Positions 7,701-16,900 of a stretch of DNA of 25,466 bases are shown one piece after another. A program made the position numbers and the translations under genes. The stretch lies in IMG/VR virus record IMGVR_UViG_3300005611_000176, positions 1 through 25,466 of that record; one strand, given 5' to 3'. Under the pieces are notes generated by a model, which did not search any database, was not told the origin of the DNA, and saw only the letters and a program-made list of their open reading frames with translations. The DNA is from a virus. Lineage: Duplodnaviria; Caudoviricetes. Positions within the stretch are counted from its first letter, which is position 1. The number at the start of each line of letters is the position of its first letter.

Positions 7701-10700
7701 AAGTAGAAGAGTAGGATGCAGATAATGGAATATTTAAATATGGATTTTCTGGATAAGTTTTAGTGGGAGCATCATAAGGACCCTCTCTATGGTTTGATTG
7801 AGCAACTCTGAATCTAATATTTGCATTTGATTCTGCAGTAGTTTCACCACGACCAATTGTTCCCATCTCACCAACAACTGTTTCACCAACCTGGAAAGTT
7901 CCAGATGTCATAGTGATTTCTAGAAGTTTAGGGACACAATATTCTGTAATATCAACACCATCAAAGAATCCATACATTCTAGTGAGTGGTTTCATCTTCT
8001 TAGAAACAAATTCAACATTTCTAGATCTCATGTATGGGATGAGATCTCTGCTGACTACTCTGTCTCCAACAGACTCCATATCAAACTGTTCAGTAACAAT
8101 AGTTCTGACACCAGATCTTGATTCAGTTCCAAATTCTCTGGTTGTTCTGAGTTGTTCTTCAATAACCTGGTCAGTTACTTGTCTTGTTTGTGTAGATCTT
8201 CTTGCTCTACCACCAGGACCCTGACGGTGAATAACATCGGGACCATTTTGAATAACTCTTGTTCTAGTTGAATCTACAACTTCAATACCAGTCCAGTTTG
8301 TTTCCCAAGAATCCCAAATCATAGGACCGAATCCTGTTTGAGGATCAATTACTCCAGCTTCAACATTATCGTTGAATACTTCGTTATAGTTACCTTCAGT
8401 TTCGATAATCTTTGCTTCAAGTCTATTGGTATCAACCCAGTTATCAGATGCTGGAGTAAGTTCTATAGTTCCATTCCAGAAACTGATAAGGAAAGGAGTA
8501 ACACTTTCAGTTCTTGTAGCAAAGTTCTGTTTGATATATTCAACTTCAGAATAATCAAGAGTTACAACATCATTTTGCTTTCTTGTATTATTACCTTCAA
8601 TATCCGCAAAATCTAAATCGGCAGTGGGATCTGTATCAACAACAGGACCAAATATCAAATCAACAGAGTTTGTATAGTGTCTTGGTCTCAGTTCATTAAA
8701 TCTTCTGTCAATGGAATTATTGACACGAATTCCAAGTTCTTGTGCTTGGAAATCATTGAAGTTGTCAACAAAGAAACCAGACTTGAATCTATTCAAACCA
8801 TTGTCATCTGGAACAAAAAAGTTTGCAGTCTCTTTTTCAAGAAGAGATAATGTAGTATAATATTCAAGACTCTTAATTCTATCCTCAAGTTTTTTGATAT
8901 CTTGCATTTGATATCTCTTATGTTGCATAAAAGATAGAGATGCTTGACTTGGATCATAGAGGAATGGTGGAAGATTAACCCTACAGATTTCAATTGCATC
9001 ATCGATTGGATCAGGTCTATCAGGAACATCAGAAGGAGTTCCATACATTATCTGGAATTTACCTTCTTTTGTTAAGTAAACTCTATCAATTCTACCTTGA
9101 TAGTAAGAAATATCTGTTAATATAGCTTCATCAGATGCCAGTATAGTATTTGCTGATTGACCAGATGCAGTAAATGTTCTACCAAGAAATTCTAGAGGAG
9201 ATCTAGTATTAGTTGAGGCAGTAACAAATGTGGAAACTCTAGGTCTGATATCAATAATGTCAGAATTTCTATTAATGTCTATATTTTTAATTTCTGTTGC
9301 ATAATTAAACTGATCATAAGAGTTCACAGTCGTTATGTCACCATCATCTGTTGAAGAGAAGGAAGCATTCATGAAGTAAATCTTCAATTGCTTAGTAGGT
9401 GTAGAAGAGTCTGCTTTTCTTTTTATTCTTCCATGATCGTAGAAAGTTTTTTCCTGACCAGTTTGGAAAGAATAATTTGATGAAACATTAAAACTTGGTG
9501 TTACTAATGTTGAAATAAGTGCAGACGCTGCAGATTCATCAAATTCAACAGTTTCTCCCTCAATAAAACCAATTTCGTTTTTGTAAATAAAAGAAATATT
9601 AGAATTGTCTAATTTTTCTGCCACGATTGCAACAGCACCACTCGTTTGACCAATAAATCTCTCACCTATTAAAAGTTCTTGAGTTGTAGTTGATGTGGTA
9701 TTAATTGCTTGTAATGTGACTTGTGGGCAAGATGCTGTTGAAGTGTCTGCAGATTCAAAGATTCCATGAATTTGAATAACATCAGGAGTATTCAGAGAAA
9801 TAACTTCATCTTCAACTCTAGTTCCGAATGGGAAAGACCCATACGTCAATCCATTATTCAGAGTTGTTGTTCCGATTCCAGATCCAACTAACTTAGATTT
9901 ATCAATAATTATTGAACTAACTCTATTTTTAATCTTTTGTTTTGCTTTTGGTTTGATTTTTCTTAGAGAAGCAATCAGAGTAGCACCACTATTTGATCCC
10001 AAATCACGAATCTGTAATGTTTTGCCATTGGGTGAAATATCCAATTGATCACCATTTAGAGATTCGGTTGTCCCATCATCTCTAATTAAAAGATATCTTT
10101 CTTCATCGAATGGTAAGAAAGTTTCATTTGTTCCTGCAACCACTTGGGTAGAGAGCTCATTACTTGCGATAGTTACATCAAAAGTTTTTCTAATCGTTAA
10201 TGATGCATCATCAAGATTTACATTAGATACATTTATCTTTGGTAATGCAGTAAATAAAGAGTCATCTGAAGATGATGCCAGATCTGTTGTAATGACTTTA
10301 AAATCAGTTACGTTTAATGCTGCAGAAGGAAGAAGACCACTAGAAATTCCTGCAACTGCCGTTACACCTTCAATTTCAATATGTGTGGTTCCAACACTAA
10401 CAACTCTAGCTACAATTGGATCTTCTGTAAGAAGTCCACCGGTGGTATTGTCAGTATATTCAATCAGATCATTCTCTTTCATCAGAGTTCCTGGGAATGC
10501 AGGATTATTGCTTCTTACAGTACTAACTCCTCCAGAGAGAGGACTTACTGTTGCAATTCCAATGGTAAACTTAGTTGACTGAATTACATCCGCACTGAAT
10601 GTGTTGATACCCACTGACGAATCAGTTCCATCATATCCAACCATTCCATAAACAGACTTTGCATCTGAAATATTGTGTTCAGTGACGGCAATAGCAATCC

Positions 10701-12324
10701 TTCCATCATCAACACCATTAAAGATGAGTCTCTCATTTGGTATGAAAGATCCTTCGGATTCATACACTGTAAGTGCAGTTCCAGCACTAACTGCATGTCT
10801 CAAGAATCCTGTTGCCCCACTGTTAGCACCTTTTACAAAGGTTGGAGTTGATAATGTGTGAGCTTGATTTATTGAGATATCTACGTTAGTTTGAACGTCA
10901 TAAAGTGCAAGATTCCATTCGTTTAGATTTCCATCAGATGTATTATATGAACCAGACTCTAATCTGAAATCATAAACTCTAGCAACTCCAACTTCATTGC
11001 CTGGGAGAGTTTCTTGATTAGATCCTACTCTTTGATCTCTAAGACTTACAAAATAGGTATTTCCTAATCCAACGGTTGGATTTCTATAAACTCTATTAAG
11101 TCTTAAAGTAGGACCAGTATTGTAAATTATGTTTTGGTCTTCAAGTGTTCTAGTTGTTCTTGGTTTATCTACATCAAGATATACTGCGTTTAATGATTCA
11201 ATCTCATAACCTTTTACATATGCTTTTCCAGGAGAGATTTTATATAACGCAAGATCATCAGAAACAGTCACTCCACCTGGAGAAAACTGTCCTGTATTGA
11301 AAATTCCACCATTACCAACTCTATCATTTAAAGAGTTTACGACAGTAACATCAAATGGTTTAACATAATAATGACCAGATTCATCAAATGTTCTCCTAGC
11401 AAGGACATCTGTTAAGTCACTAAATCCTATACCACCACCCGCAATACTCTTTCTTTTGTTTATTTGAAGGACACCGTTAATGACAGTGGCAAGCAAAATA
11501 AAGTTATCATCATTAAAATCATCAAGTGCTTTTTTATGAAGTCTTACACTAATTCTTAATCTATCTGCTCCAGGCGCAGCATAGTTATTAAATCCTTGAG
11601 AATTATCATTTAACTCTTCATCAATATCCGCAGTGACAATACTCTCATCAATCAACAAACCAATTCTGTAATTTGGTAAATTTGAATATTGATCTAGGAT
11701 TAAAGTCTCTTTGTTTACATTTATAAAGTTCCCTCTAATAAAGTAAATTCCATTTTCAATTTGAAATGAAGATCCAGTTGCTGCTGCAGCTTGTGACAGT
11801 GTTGATGCAAGAGGAGTTCCTGGAGATATAGTAGAATTTCCAAGTAAACCTGAGGATAAAGATTCATTACAGGTCAATACTTCTCCATCACTAAAAACTT
11901 GTGTAGAATTGTTAGTAGTGCTGGAGGTTAAGTAATTGATGTATAAGGTTAAATTACCTCTCTCAGAGTCTTCTGGAAGCAAAACACTATCAACAAATGC
12001 AGTTACTCCAGAAGTTTGTCCTGTTATCTTTGTTCCTATTAATTGATCTGCATATGCAGCAACGGGAACACCCTGAAAAGTATTTTCTAACTGAACACAA
12101 TAATATATCTGACTATATCCAGTATTTCCTGGAATTACTTTAGACCCTTCTTTGAAAAAGTGTTGTCCAAATTTTTCAATTTGATTTTGCAGTATCGATT
12201 GAAGAGTTGTTAACTCTCTAGCCTGAACAGGAAATCCTGGCTTGAATAATACCTTATGATAATCGTTCGTTGCATCAAAATCGTCAAAATATGGTGCTAC
12301 GTTGAGGTTAGTCTGTTGTGGCAT
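4771..12324 (-). CDS. Large virion structural protein, DUF4815 / 'VrlC-like' family (baseplate/tail associated)
   Basis: 2517 aa. N-terminus NLNVAPYFDDFD...YHKVLFKPGFPVQARELTTLQSILQNQIEKFG; internal KRYQMQDIKKLEDRIKSLEYYTTLSLLE, RFKSGFFVDNF and DPLAQSFLV; C-terminus PRVKELRVIALA. These motifs are characteristic of this family in T4-like marine phages. Follows gp8 after a 6-nt gap. Confidence 0.85.
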   Translation of the reverse strand: MPQQTNLNVAPYFDDFDATNDYHKVLFKPGFPVQARELTTLQSILQNQIEKFGQHFFKEGSKVIPGNTGYSQIYYCVQLENTFQGVPVAAYADQLIGTKITGQTSGVTAFVDSVLLPEDSERGNLTLYINYLTSSTTNNSTQVFSDGEVLTCNESLSSGLLGNSTISPGTPLASTLSQAAAATGSSFQIENGIYFIRGNFINVNKETLILDQYSNLPNYRIGLLIDESIVTADIDEELNDNSQGFNNYAAPGADRLRISVRLHKKALDDFNDDNFILLATVINGVLQINKRKSIAGGGIGFSDLTDVLARRTFDESGHYYVKPFDVTVVNSLNDRVGNGGIFNTGQFSPGGVTVSDDLALYKISPGKAYVKGYEIESLNAVYLDVDKPRTTRTLEDQNIIYNTGPTLRLNRVYRNPTVGLGNTYFVSLRDQRVGSNQETLPGNEVGVARVYDFRLESGSYNTSDGNLNEWNLALYDVQTNVDISINQAHTLSTPTFVKGANSGATGFLRHAVSAGTALTVYESEGSFIPNERLIFNGVDDGRIAIAVTEHNISDAKSVYGMVGYDGTDSSVGINTFSADVIQSTKFTIGIATVSPLSGGVSTVRSNNPAFPGTLMKENDLIEYTDNTTGGLLTEDPIVARVVSVGTTHIEIEGVTAVAGISSGLLPSAALNVTDFKVITTDLASSSDDSLFTALPKINVSNVNLDDASLTIRKTFDVTIASNELSTQVVAGTNETFLPFDEERYLLIRDDGTTESLNGDQLDISPNGKTLQIRDLGSNSGATLIASLRKIKPKAKQKIKNRVSSIIIDKSKLVGSGIGTTTLNNGLTYGSFPFGTRVEDEVISLNTPDVIQIHGIFESADTSTASCPQVTLQAINTTSTTTQELLIGERFIGQTSGAVAIVAEKLDNSNISFIYKNEIGFIEGETVEFDESAASALISTLVTPSFNVSSNYSFQTGQEKTFYDHGRIKRKADSSTPTKQLKIYFMNASFSSTDDGDITTVNSYDQFNYATEIKNIDINRNSDIIDIRPRVSTFVTASTNTRSPLEFLGRTFTASGQSANTILASDEAILTDISYYQGRIDRVYLTKEGKFQIMYGTPSDVPDRPDPIDDAIEICRVNLPPFLYDPSQASLSFMQHKRYQMQDIKKLEDRIKSLEYYTTLSLLEKETANFFVPDDNGLNRFKSGFFVDNFNDFQAQELGIRVNNSIDRRFNELRPRHYTNSVDLIFGPVVDTDPTADLDFADIEGNNTRKQNDVVTLDYSEVEYIKQNFATRTESVTPFLISFWNGTIELTPASDNWVDTNRLEAKIIETEGNYNEVFNDNVEAGVIDPQTGFGPMIWDSWETNWTGIEVVDSTRTRVIQNGPDVIHRQGPGGRARRSTQTRQVTDQVIEEQLRTTREFGTESRSGVRTIVTEQFDMESVGDRVVSRDLIPYMRSRNVEFVSKKMKPLTRMYGFFDGVDITEYCVPKLLEITMTSGTFQVGETVVGEMGTIGRGETTAESNANIRFRVAQSNHREGPYDAPTKTYPENPYLNIPLSASYSSTSTILNVDTFSLASQARGDFYGWVKEGMTLVGSTSGAIATVENVRLISDLSATLIGSYYIPDPNNITFPRFECGTKTFTLTNDIDNNQDNASTIAEESFSASGTLETVQENIISVRNARVELKNEFQSRNVNRDLGTEITASRVVSSRTRTQTIITWYDPLAQSFLVEDETGVFLTSCDVFFRSKDDMDIPVVFQLRTMINGSPSAKVLPFSEVVLDPDDIQTSSDGSIATNIQFKAPVYVEGGTEYAVCLASNSTKYSVYISRIGENDLLTDTFISNQPYLGSLFKSQNASTWEPSQWEDLKFTLYRADFLDTGSVEFYSPELTRGNAQIAKLTPDPIVLQSRSIRVGLGTTVADSYEFGNTFFQAGTNATGDLVGVAGSAVGDLSISNAGLGYTPADGGQTFTGVNLITLTGHGRGATADITIRNGSIVASGATINNAGGSGYQVGDVVGIDTIGAASVGRNARLTIAGIGHTNELILNNVQGEFVVGAAKTLFFFNSSGISTELNSSGAVGLGTGGDVQITNIETDSDGLHFKVNHQNHGMYFSDNLVSISGVHPDIKPTKLTAEYSSTSTGQIAVGGATTFSTFEGVGVGTTNVGYLLIGDEIIEYTNVSGNSIGGNIVRGTNPKTYPVGTPVYKYELGGINLNRINRTHSLSDVTKLDPFTFDSYQVKIDTSATTGTDRSTDVGFPKLYITGDRSTGGSRVRASQNMPFEIITPQVQNVTVPGTSITGELRTITSQSFSGTELPFIDAGFQDITINQKNYFDTPRMIASKVNEDAQLTNIVGGKSMQMRLFLSSTDSRLSPVIDGQRVNAILTSNRVNNIITNYATDSRVNSATEDPTAFQYLSKEIILENPASSIKVIVSAHINEASDIRAFFATNNKPGSVPVFTPFPGYANLNERGEIIASENNNGESDSFITKSSTLSFENRELDYREYTFTIDRLPSFRTYRIKLALTSTSQCFVPRVKELRVIALA

Positions 12325-12330
12325 AATTCT

Positions 12331-13884
12331 TTAGAACTGCAAAATAACTTTTATGTCTTCTTTTTGATTCGATGACCGTGTTATAGACGGTCTATTATCA
12401 ACGTAAATGATACTGCCAGAGTGTGCTTTAACTTCAGGATTGGCAATACCGCTAGCAAAAGTTTGACCAAGATAATATGTACGATTATTTATTACGGTAG
12501 TTATACCTGAAAAAGCAGTATCAATTGATAGATCTTGACCAGTTGTTGGAGATATAACTAAAGACCCACCAGTTCCTGGAGAAGAAGAAAACTCAGTAAG
12601 GTCAAATCCATATGTAGGTTGAGTTTGTGCTGTTCCTACAGTATTAAATCCTGCAAGTGACCTATCTTGCCAGAACTTCAGAACACCAGTATTTTGATCA
12701 TAACTTACAACTCTTCCAACTGCTGTGGTGCCAGTTGATACTGTTTGAGTGAAGTAAGAGTCTCCAGAGAAAGTTGCAGTACTGTATCCAGTTCCAACTA
12801 ACTTTAAAGCACTGAGAGCACTTGCTTTATCTGCAGAAAGAAGAGTTGTTGATCCAAACTGTTGAGGATTTTCAACAACACCAACTCTTGCAATTTGATT
12901 TCCTGTTATAAAGTCTGGATTTGTGCTATCATTTTCAATTCTAGAGTAAAGAAGAACATTATATGCACCCAACTCTCTATAAATGTTTGCACCATGACCA
13001 CCTTGAGGTGGAATAATAACATCAAAAGTTGGTCTTGTAGTTCCTGTTGGAACTCCACCGGCAACTAAATCTACATTTCCATATGTGTATCCAGATCCTT
13101 GATTAGAAACAGTTACAGAACTTACTTGTTGATTTGCATCAACAACAATTGTACATTCTGCTCCAGTTCCATCACCTCTGATGGGAACGGAAGTATAAAC
13201 ACTGTTAGCAGTTCCAAGACCGACACCCTTGTTAGTAACAGTTACAATTTTGATTCCACCGTCAACAGCATTATCTCTGACCGCAGCATTTTCTGTTCCG
13301 GTTAACCAATCTGTCGGAACTGGCATGAAGTCTGTTGATTCAAATCTAACGACTTCACTTGGTTTAATTGTGTAAAGGTATTTCCAAATATATCCATCAC
13401 CACTGGTTCCAGCAGATCTTGGTTCTAAATCGGTGAAAGTTGGTTCATCCAAAGATGGTCTGCCTTCAGTATTATCTGGATCAGTACCATTCTGTAAACA
13501 AATATAAACTCTGAAATCACTATTTAATACAACATAGTTTGATGAATAAAGATTAGTTGCTCCAGAAACTTTTGCTGTGTTTGATCTAGAATAATCATGT
13601 CTATACATGTCATAAGTCGTTCCAGATGCCCAAGTTCTTTTTGGAATGACTTGTCTAGCATCAGCAGTGTTAATTTTCTTCAACGCCACCATCGTATTCC
13701 AGTAATCATTCTCCTGATCAAAATTGTCCTTGGGAGCAGGTGGATCGGAATCCCAATCAGTTTGATAATCTGCAGGATTAGTCAGACCAATGAACGAATA
13801 ATAAGAATTGTTGGAATTAGAGACTCCAGCAATAAAATTACCAGCATTTAATATTCTAATCTGATCAGTTATAATAGCAGCCAT
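12331..13884 (-). CDS. gp8: Baseplate wedge subunit (T4 gp8-like)
   Basis: MAAIITDQIRILNA...W.SGTTYDMYRHDYS...FRVYICLQNG...EPTFTD...DGYIWKYLYTI...PPQGGHG...SGSIIYVDNRPSITRSSNQKEDIKVILQF are gp8 signatures. Directly downstream of gp7. Confidence 0.93.
   Translation of the reverse strand: MAAIITDQIRILNAGNFIAGVSNSNNSYYSFIGLTNPADYQTDWDSDPPAPKDNFDQENDYWNTMVALKKINTADARQVIPKRTWASGTTYDMYRHDYSRSNTAKVSGATNLYSSNYVVLNSDFRVYICLQNGTDPDNTEGRPSLDEPTFTDLEPRSAGTSGDGYIWKYLYTIKPSEVVRFESTDFMPVPTDWLTGTENAAVRDNAVDGGIKIVTVTNKGVGLGTANSVYTSVPIRGDGTGAECTIVVDANQQVSSVTVSNQGSGYTYGNVDLVAGGVPTGTTRPTFDVIIPPQGGHGANIYRELGAYNVLLYSRIENDSTNPDFITGNQIARVGVVENPQQFGSTTLLSADKASALSALKLVGTGYSTATFSGDSYFTQTVSTGTTAVGRVVSYDQNTGVLKFWQDRSLAGFNTVGTAQTQPTYGFDLTEFSSSPGTGGSLVISPTTGQDLSIDTAFSGITTVINNRTYYLGQTFASGIANPEVKAHSGSIIYVDNRPSITRSSNQKEDIKVILQF
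12486..12493 (-). promoter_or_regulatory. Possible internal late promoter AATAAATA inside the gp8 3' end
   Basis: Exact NATAAATA match about 160 nt upstream of the DUF4815 gene start, which has no intergenic room for its own promoter. Could be chance in AT-rich DNA. Confidence 0.35.
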
Positions 13885-13903
13885 TTTGGACAGAGTTTTT
13901 CTT

Positions 13904-13911
13904 TATTTATT
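13904..13911 (-). promoter_or_regulatory. T4-type late promoter motif AATAAATA upstream of gp8
   Basis: Plus-strand tatttatt in the 32-nt gp7-gp8 gap, about 20 nt upstream of the gp8 ATG. Confidence 0.75.
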
Positions 13912-13916
13912 AGTGA

Positions 13917-16900
13917 TTAAACGATATAATTTTTAAATTTCAAGAAGTTTGATCTTGTCACTAATGTTGATGTAGAAATTCCAGTTCCTTCAGAGATTCC
14001 AATACCACCTAAGGTATATGCATTGTAAGAATTCAACTCTGCTCTTGCGGTAACATCTATTCTTCCCCAACTGAAAGATCCAAAGTTATCAGAAGTTGTT
14101 ATTCCTGAGAATCCATAAACAAAGTCATCAACTTTAACAAACAATCTTCTTACATATGTAGATATTCCAGAAACACTAGTTGAGATAGATTCTGCACTAG
14201 CAACTTGATAAACATTATCTGCAAATGAAGTTCCTACTCCAACAGTATTTCCAGCACTATCAAGTGAAGTTACTGAAGTTGATCCAAGTCCAACATTAGA
14301 GTTTCTAATAATAAAGTAGTCATTAGCACTAATAGAACTTATAGTTAATGCTGTTCCAGCAATAGAGGAATCTCTAAGGAAAGAATCATATGGAATATGA
14401 ATATCAAATATAAGTTGAGTAGTTCCAACCCCAACAGCAGTTGTTCCAAATCCAACAATGATTCCATTATCACCAGAATAAGAAGTTACACTTACTTCTT
14501 CTTCTGAATAAGTTGGAGGAGAAATAAGAACCGTTGGTGGATTTGTATAAGTGTATCCCACACCTGGATTTGTAATAGCAACTCCTGTAACTGTTCCTCC
14601 AGCACTAATAGAAACATTACCAAATGCTCTGGTAGTTGTTCCAACACCAACAGTTGAACCAAAACTTACAGTAGCAGTTGTATATCCAACACCACCATCA
14701 GAAATAGTGACAGAAGAGATAGTGCCAAATCCAGAAACAACTGCAGTACCAGCTGCACCTGTCTTAGTTTCTTGTCTTACAAACTTAATTTTCTTTTGGA
14801 AATCTAAATCTGTATCATTCTCATTTTGAGAGTTAAAGATAGGTCTTAAATTATCAACATAGATTGCTGTTGATCCCACTCCAACAGACTTGATGAGATA
14901 TGCACTTGGATTAATAACAGGTTCGTACAATTCTCTATCCTTACCAACACCGATTTGATTGATAAAGATATCTTCTGTTTGACGACACCAATCAACAGGT
15001 CTTTCAAGAGTAACATCAACAGTGTTTCCTGGTCCCTCATAAGGATTTGTATCTACCGTGCTAGTAGATTTGACCAATTCTACTACTCTTTCATCTTCAG
15101 TTAAGTATGATGCTTGTCCAATTGATCTGTCACTCTTAATTTGTAAAGTATCACCTTTTTTCACTGTTTCAATCACATTTCTAAAGATAACATCAGTGTC
15201 ACCACTTCCTTTATAGAATAGAATGTTTACAGTATCACCTACCTTCAGAGCCTCAGTAAATACAACTGTGCTTCCTCCATCAAATGTATAACCTTCACCA
15301 GGAACCTGGAGTATGTTGTTTACAAATATGAGAAGAACATCTTCAACATTGATCTTAGAACCTTTTGCTGCAACAATAGAAACAATAGATCCAGATAATG
15401 TTAGTGGGAAGTCTTTTCTCACTCCATCAATATATTCATCAATTCTATCTAAAACCTGCAATGTTCCCACTGACCATCCAGTAAACTCATCATCATGAAT
15501 TTCATCAATTGTAATTTGGAACTCATTTCCAGAATAAGATGAAGTTGTTGGAATACCAGTTGTCCCTCCAATTGCAACGGTTAGTATTTCACCATTACCA
15601 TATCCATAACCAGTATTATTGATTTCAAAATCAATCACACTAGATCCTTGACCAACAACGATGTTTGCTGTTGCATGTGTTCCAAATCCACTTACAGAAG
15701 AAGAACTATACACCAAATCCATATTAGAATAACTTAGTGGATCATCAAATACAACATATGGAACATTAGTTGTTGTATATCCTGTTCCTGGATTAGTAAT
15801 TGCTACACTAACAATATTACCATTACTGATAGCAGCAGTTCCAATGAACTCAATACTTGGAGTTCCTGAAGCAGAAAGTCCAACACCAACATTTACAACC
15901 GTTTGAATTCCAGATCTATATCCAGATCCACTGTTTCCAATACTAATAGATTGAATCGTTCCAAGACCAGATACGATCGCGGTTCCTCCAGCAGCAACTA
16001 ATGGTTGGTATCCAAATCCTTCAGTTGATGCTACAGAGATAATAATACCACCTTTTGGATAACTAGAAATTCCAACATCAGGACCTAATGGAACTGTATT
16101 GGTTCCTTGGAATGTAATAGATGTAATACCCGACTGCTCACTTAAAACATATTGATCGGAAATTCCTGGTGACTGGAATACATCATTAACAAGAATGATT
16201 GCGTTCTCTGTAGAAATGCCAGATATATCAGATCCATCTTGCTTGAGAGTGAACTCATTTTCAGTAGCATTAAATTGATCTGAAATATTATCAAAGATAT
16301 AGTTCTTATAATAAGTCTCATTTGACGTATCAGGAACACCCGATCTCATAAACGATCTACCTTGGAAACTTGAAGAGGTAGTAATACCTGTCCAGTCTCT
16401 TTCATCAGGTGGATTTGTAGTTGATCCAATTGGAGTATTTCCAAATGGTGCCTCTGCAAAATTGAGCACATTATCTACAATATTGTAATTTCCTACAATT
16501 TTGGTAACTAAATCACCAGTTGCCGCGGTTCCAATTCTAGTTCCCAACCACTCTCTACGAACTCTAACAAAGTTTGTACTACCAATACCTACACCTTCAA
16601 TTTTCATAACCTCATCACCAATCTTAATAAGATCAGAACCGAAGAAGGATGTTATTCCACTAAACTCTAACAAGTTATCTACTGATAACATTTGATTAGC
16701 AAGTGTCGTAGTAATTGCAGTAGAAACTATTGGAGATTGAATAATATTATCAAGAGCAACAATAACCTTAGCATTTTGATTAGTTGATATAAATCTGTGC
16801 GATGTACCAATACCAACACTTTCAAGTTCAACTACCTCGGGAATAGACTTCAGAGCATTTTCTGCACTGGCTGCAATTTTGATAGTATTATCATCGACCT

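Noticed and set aside
4771-12324. Virulence function implied by the 'VrlC' label
   Set aside because: The name comes from a bacterial locus. Context here, between gp8 and gp13, points to a virion structural role.
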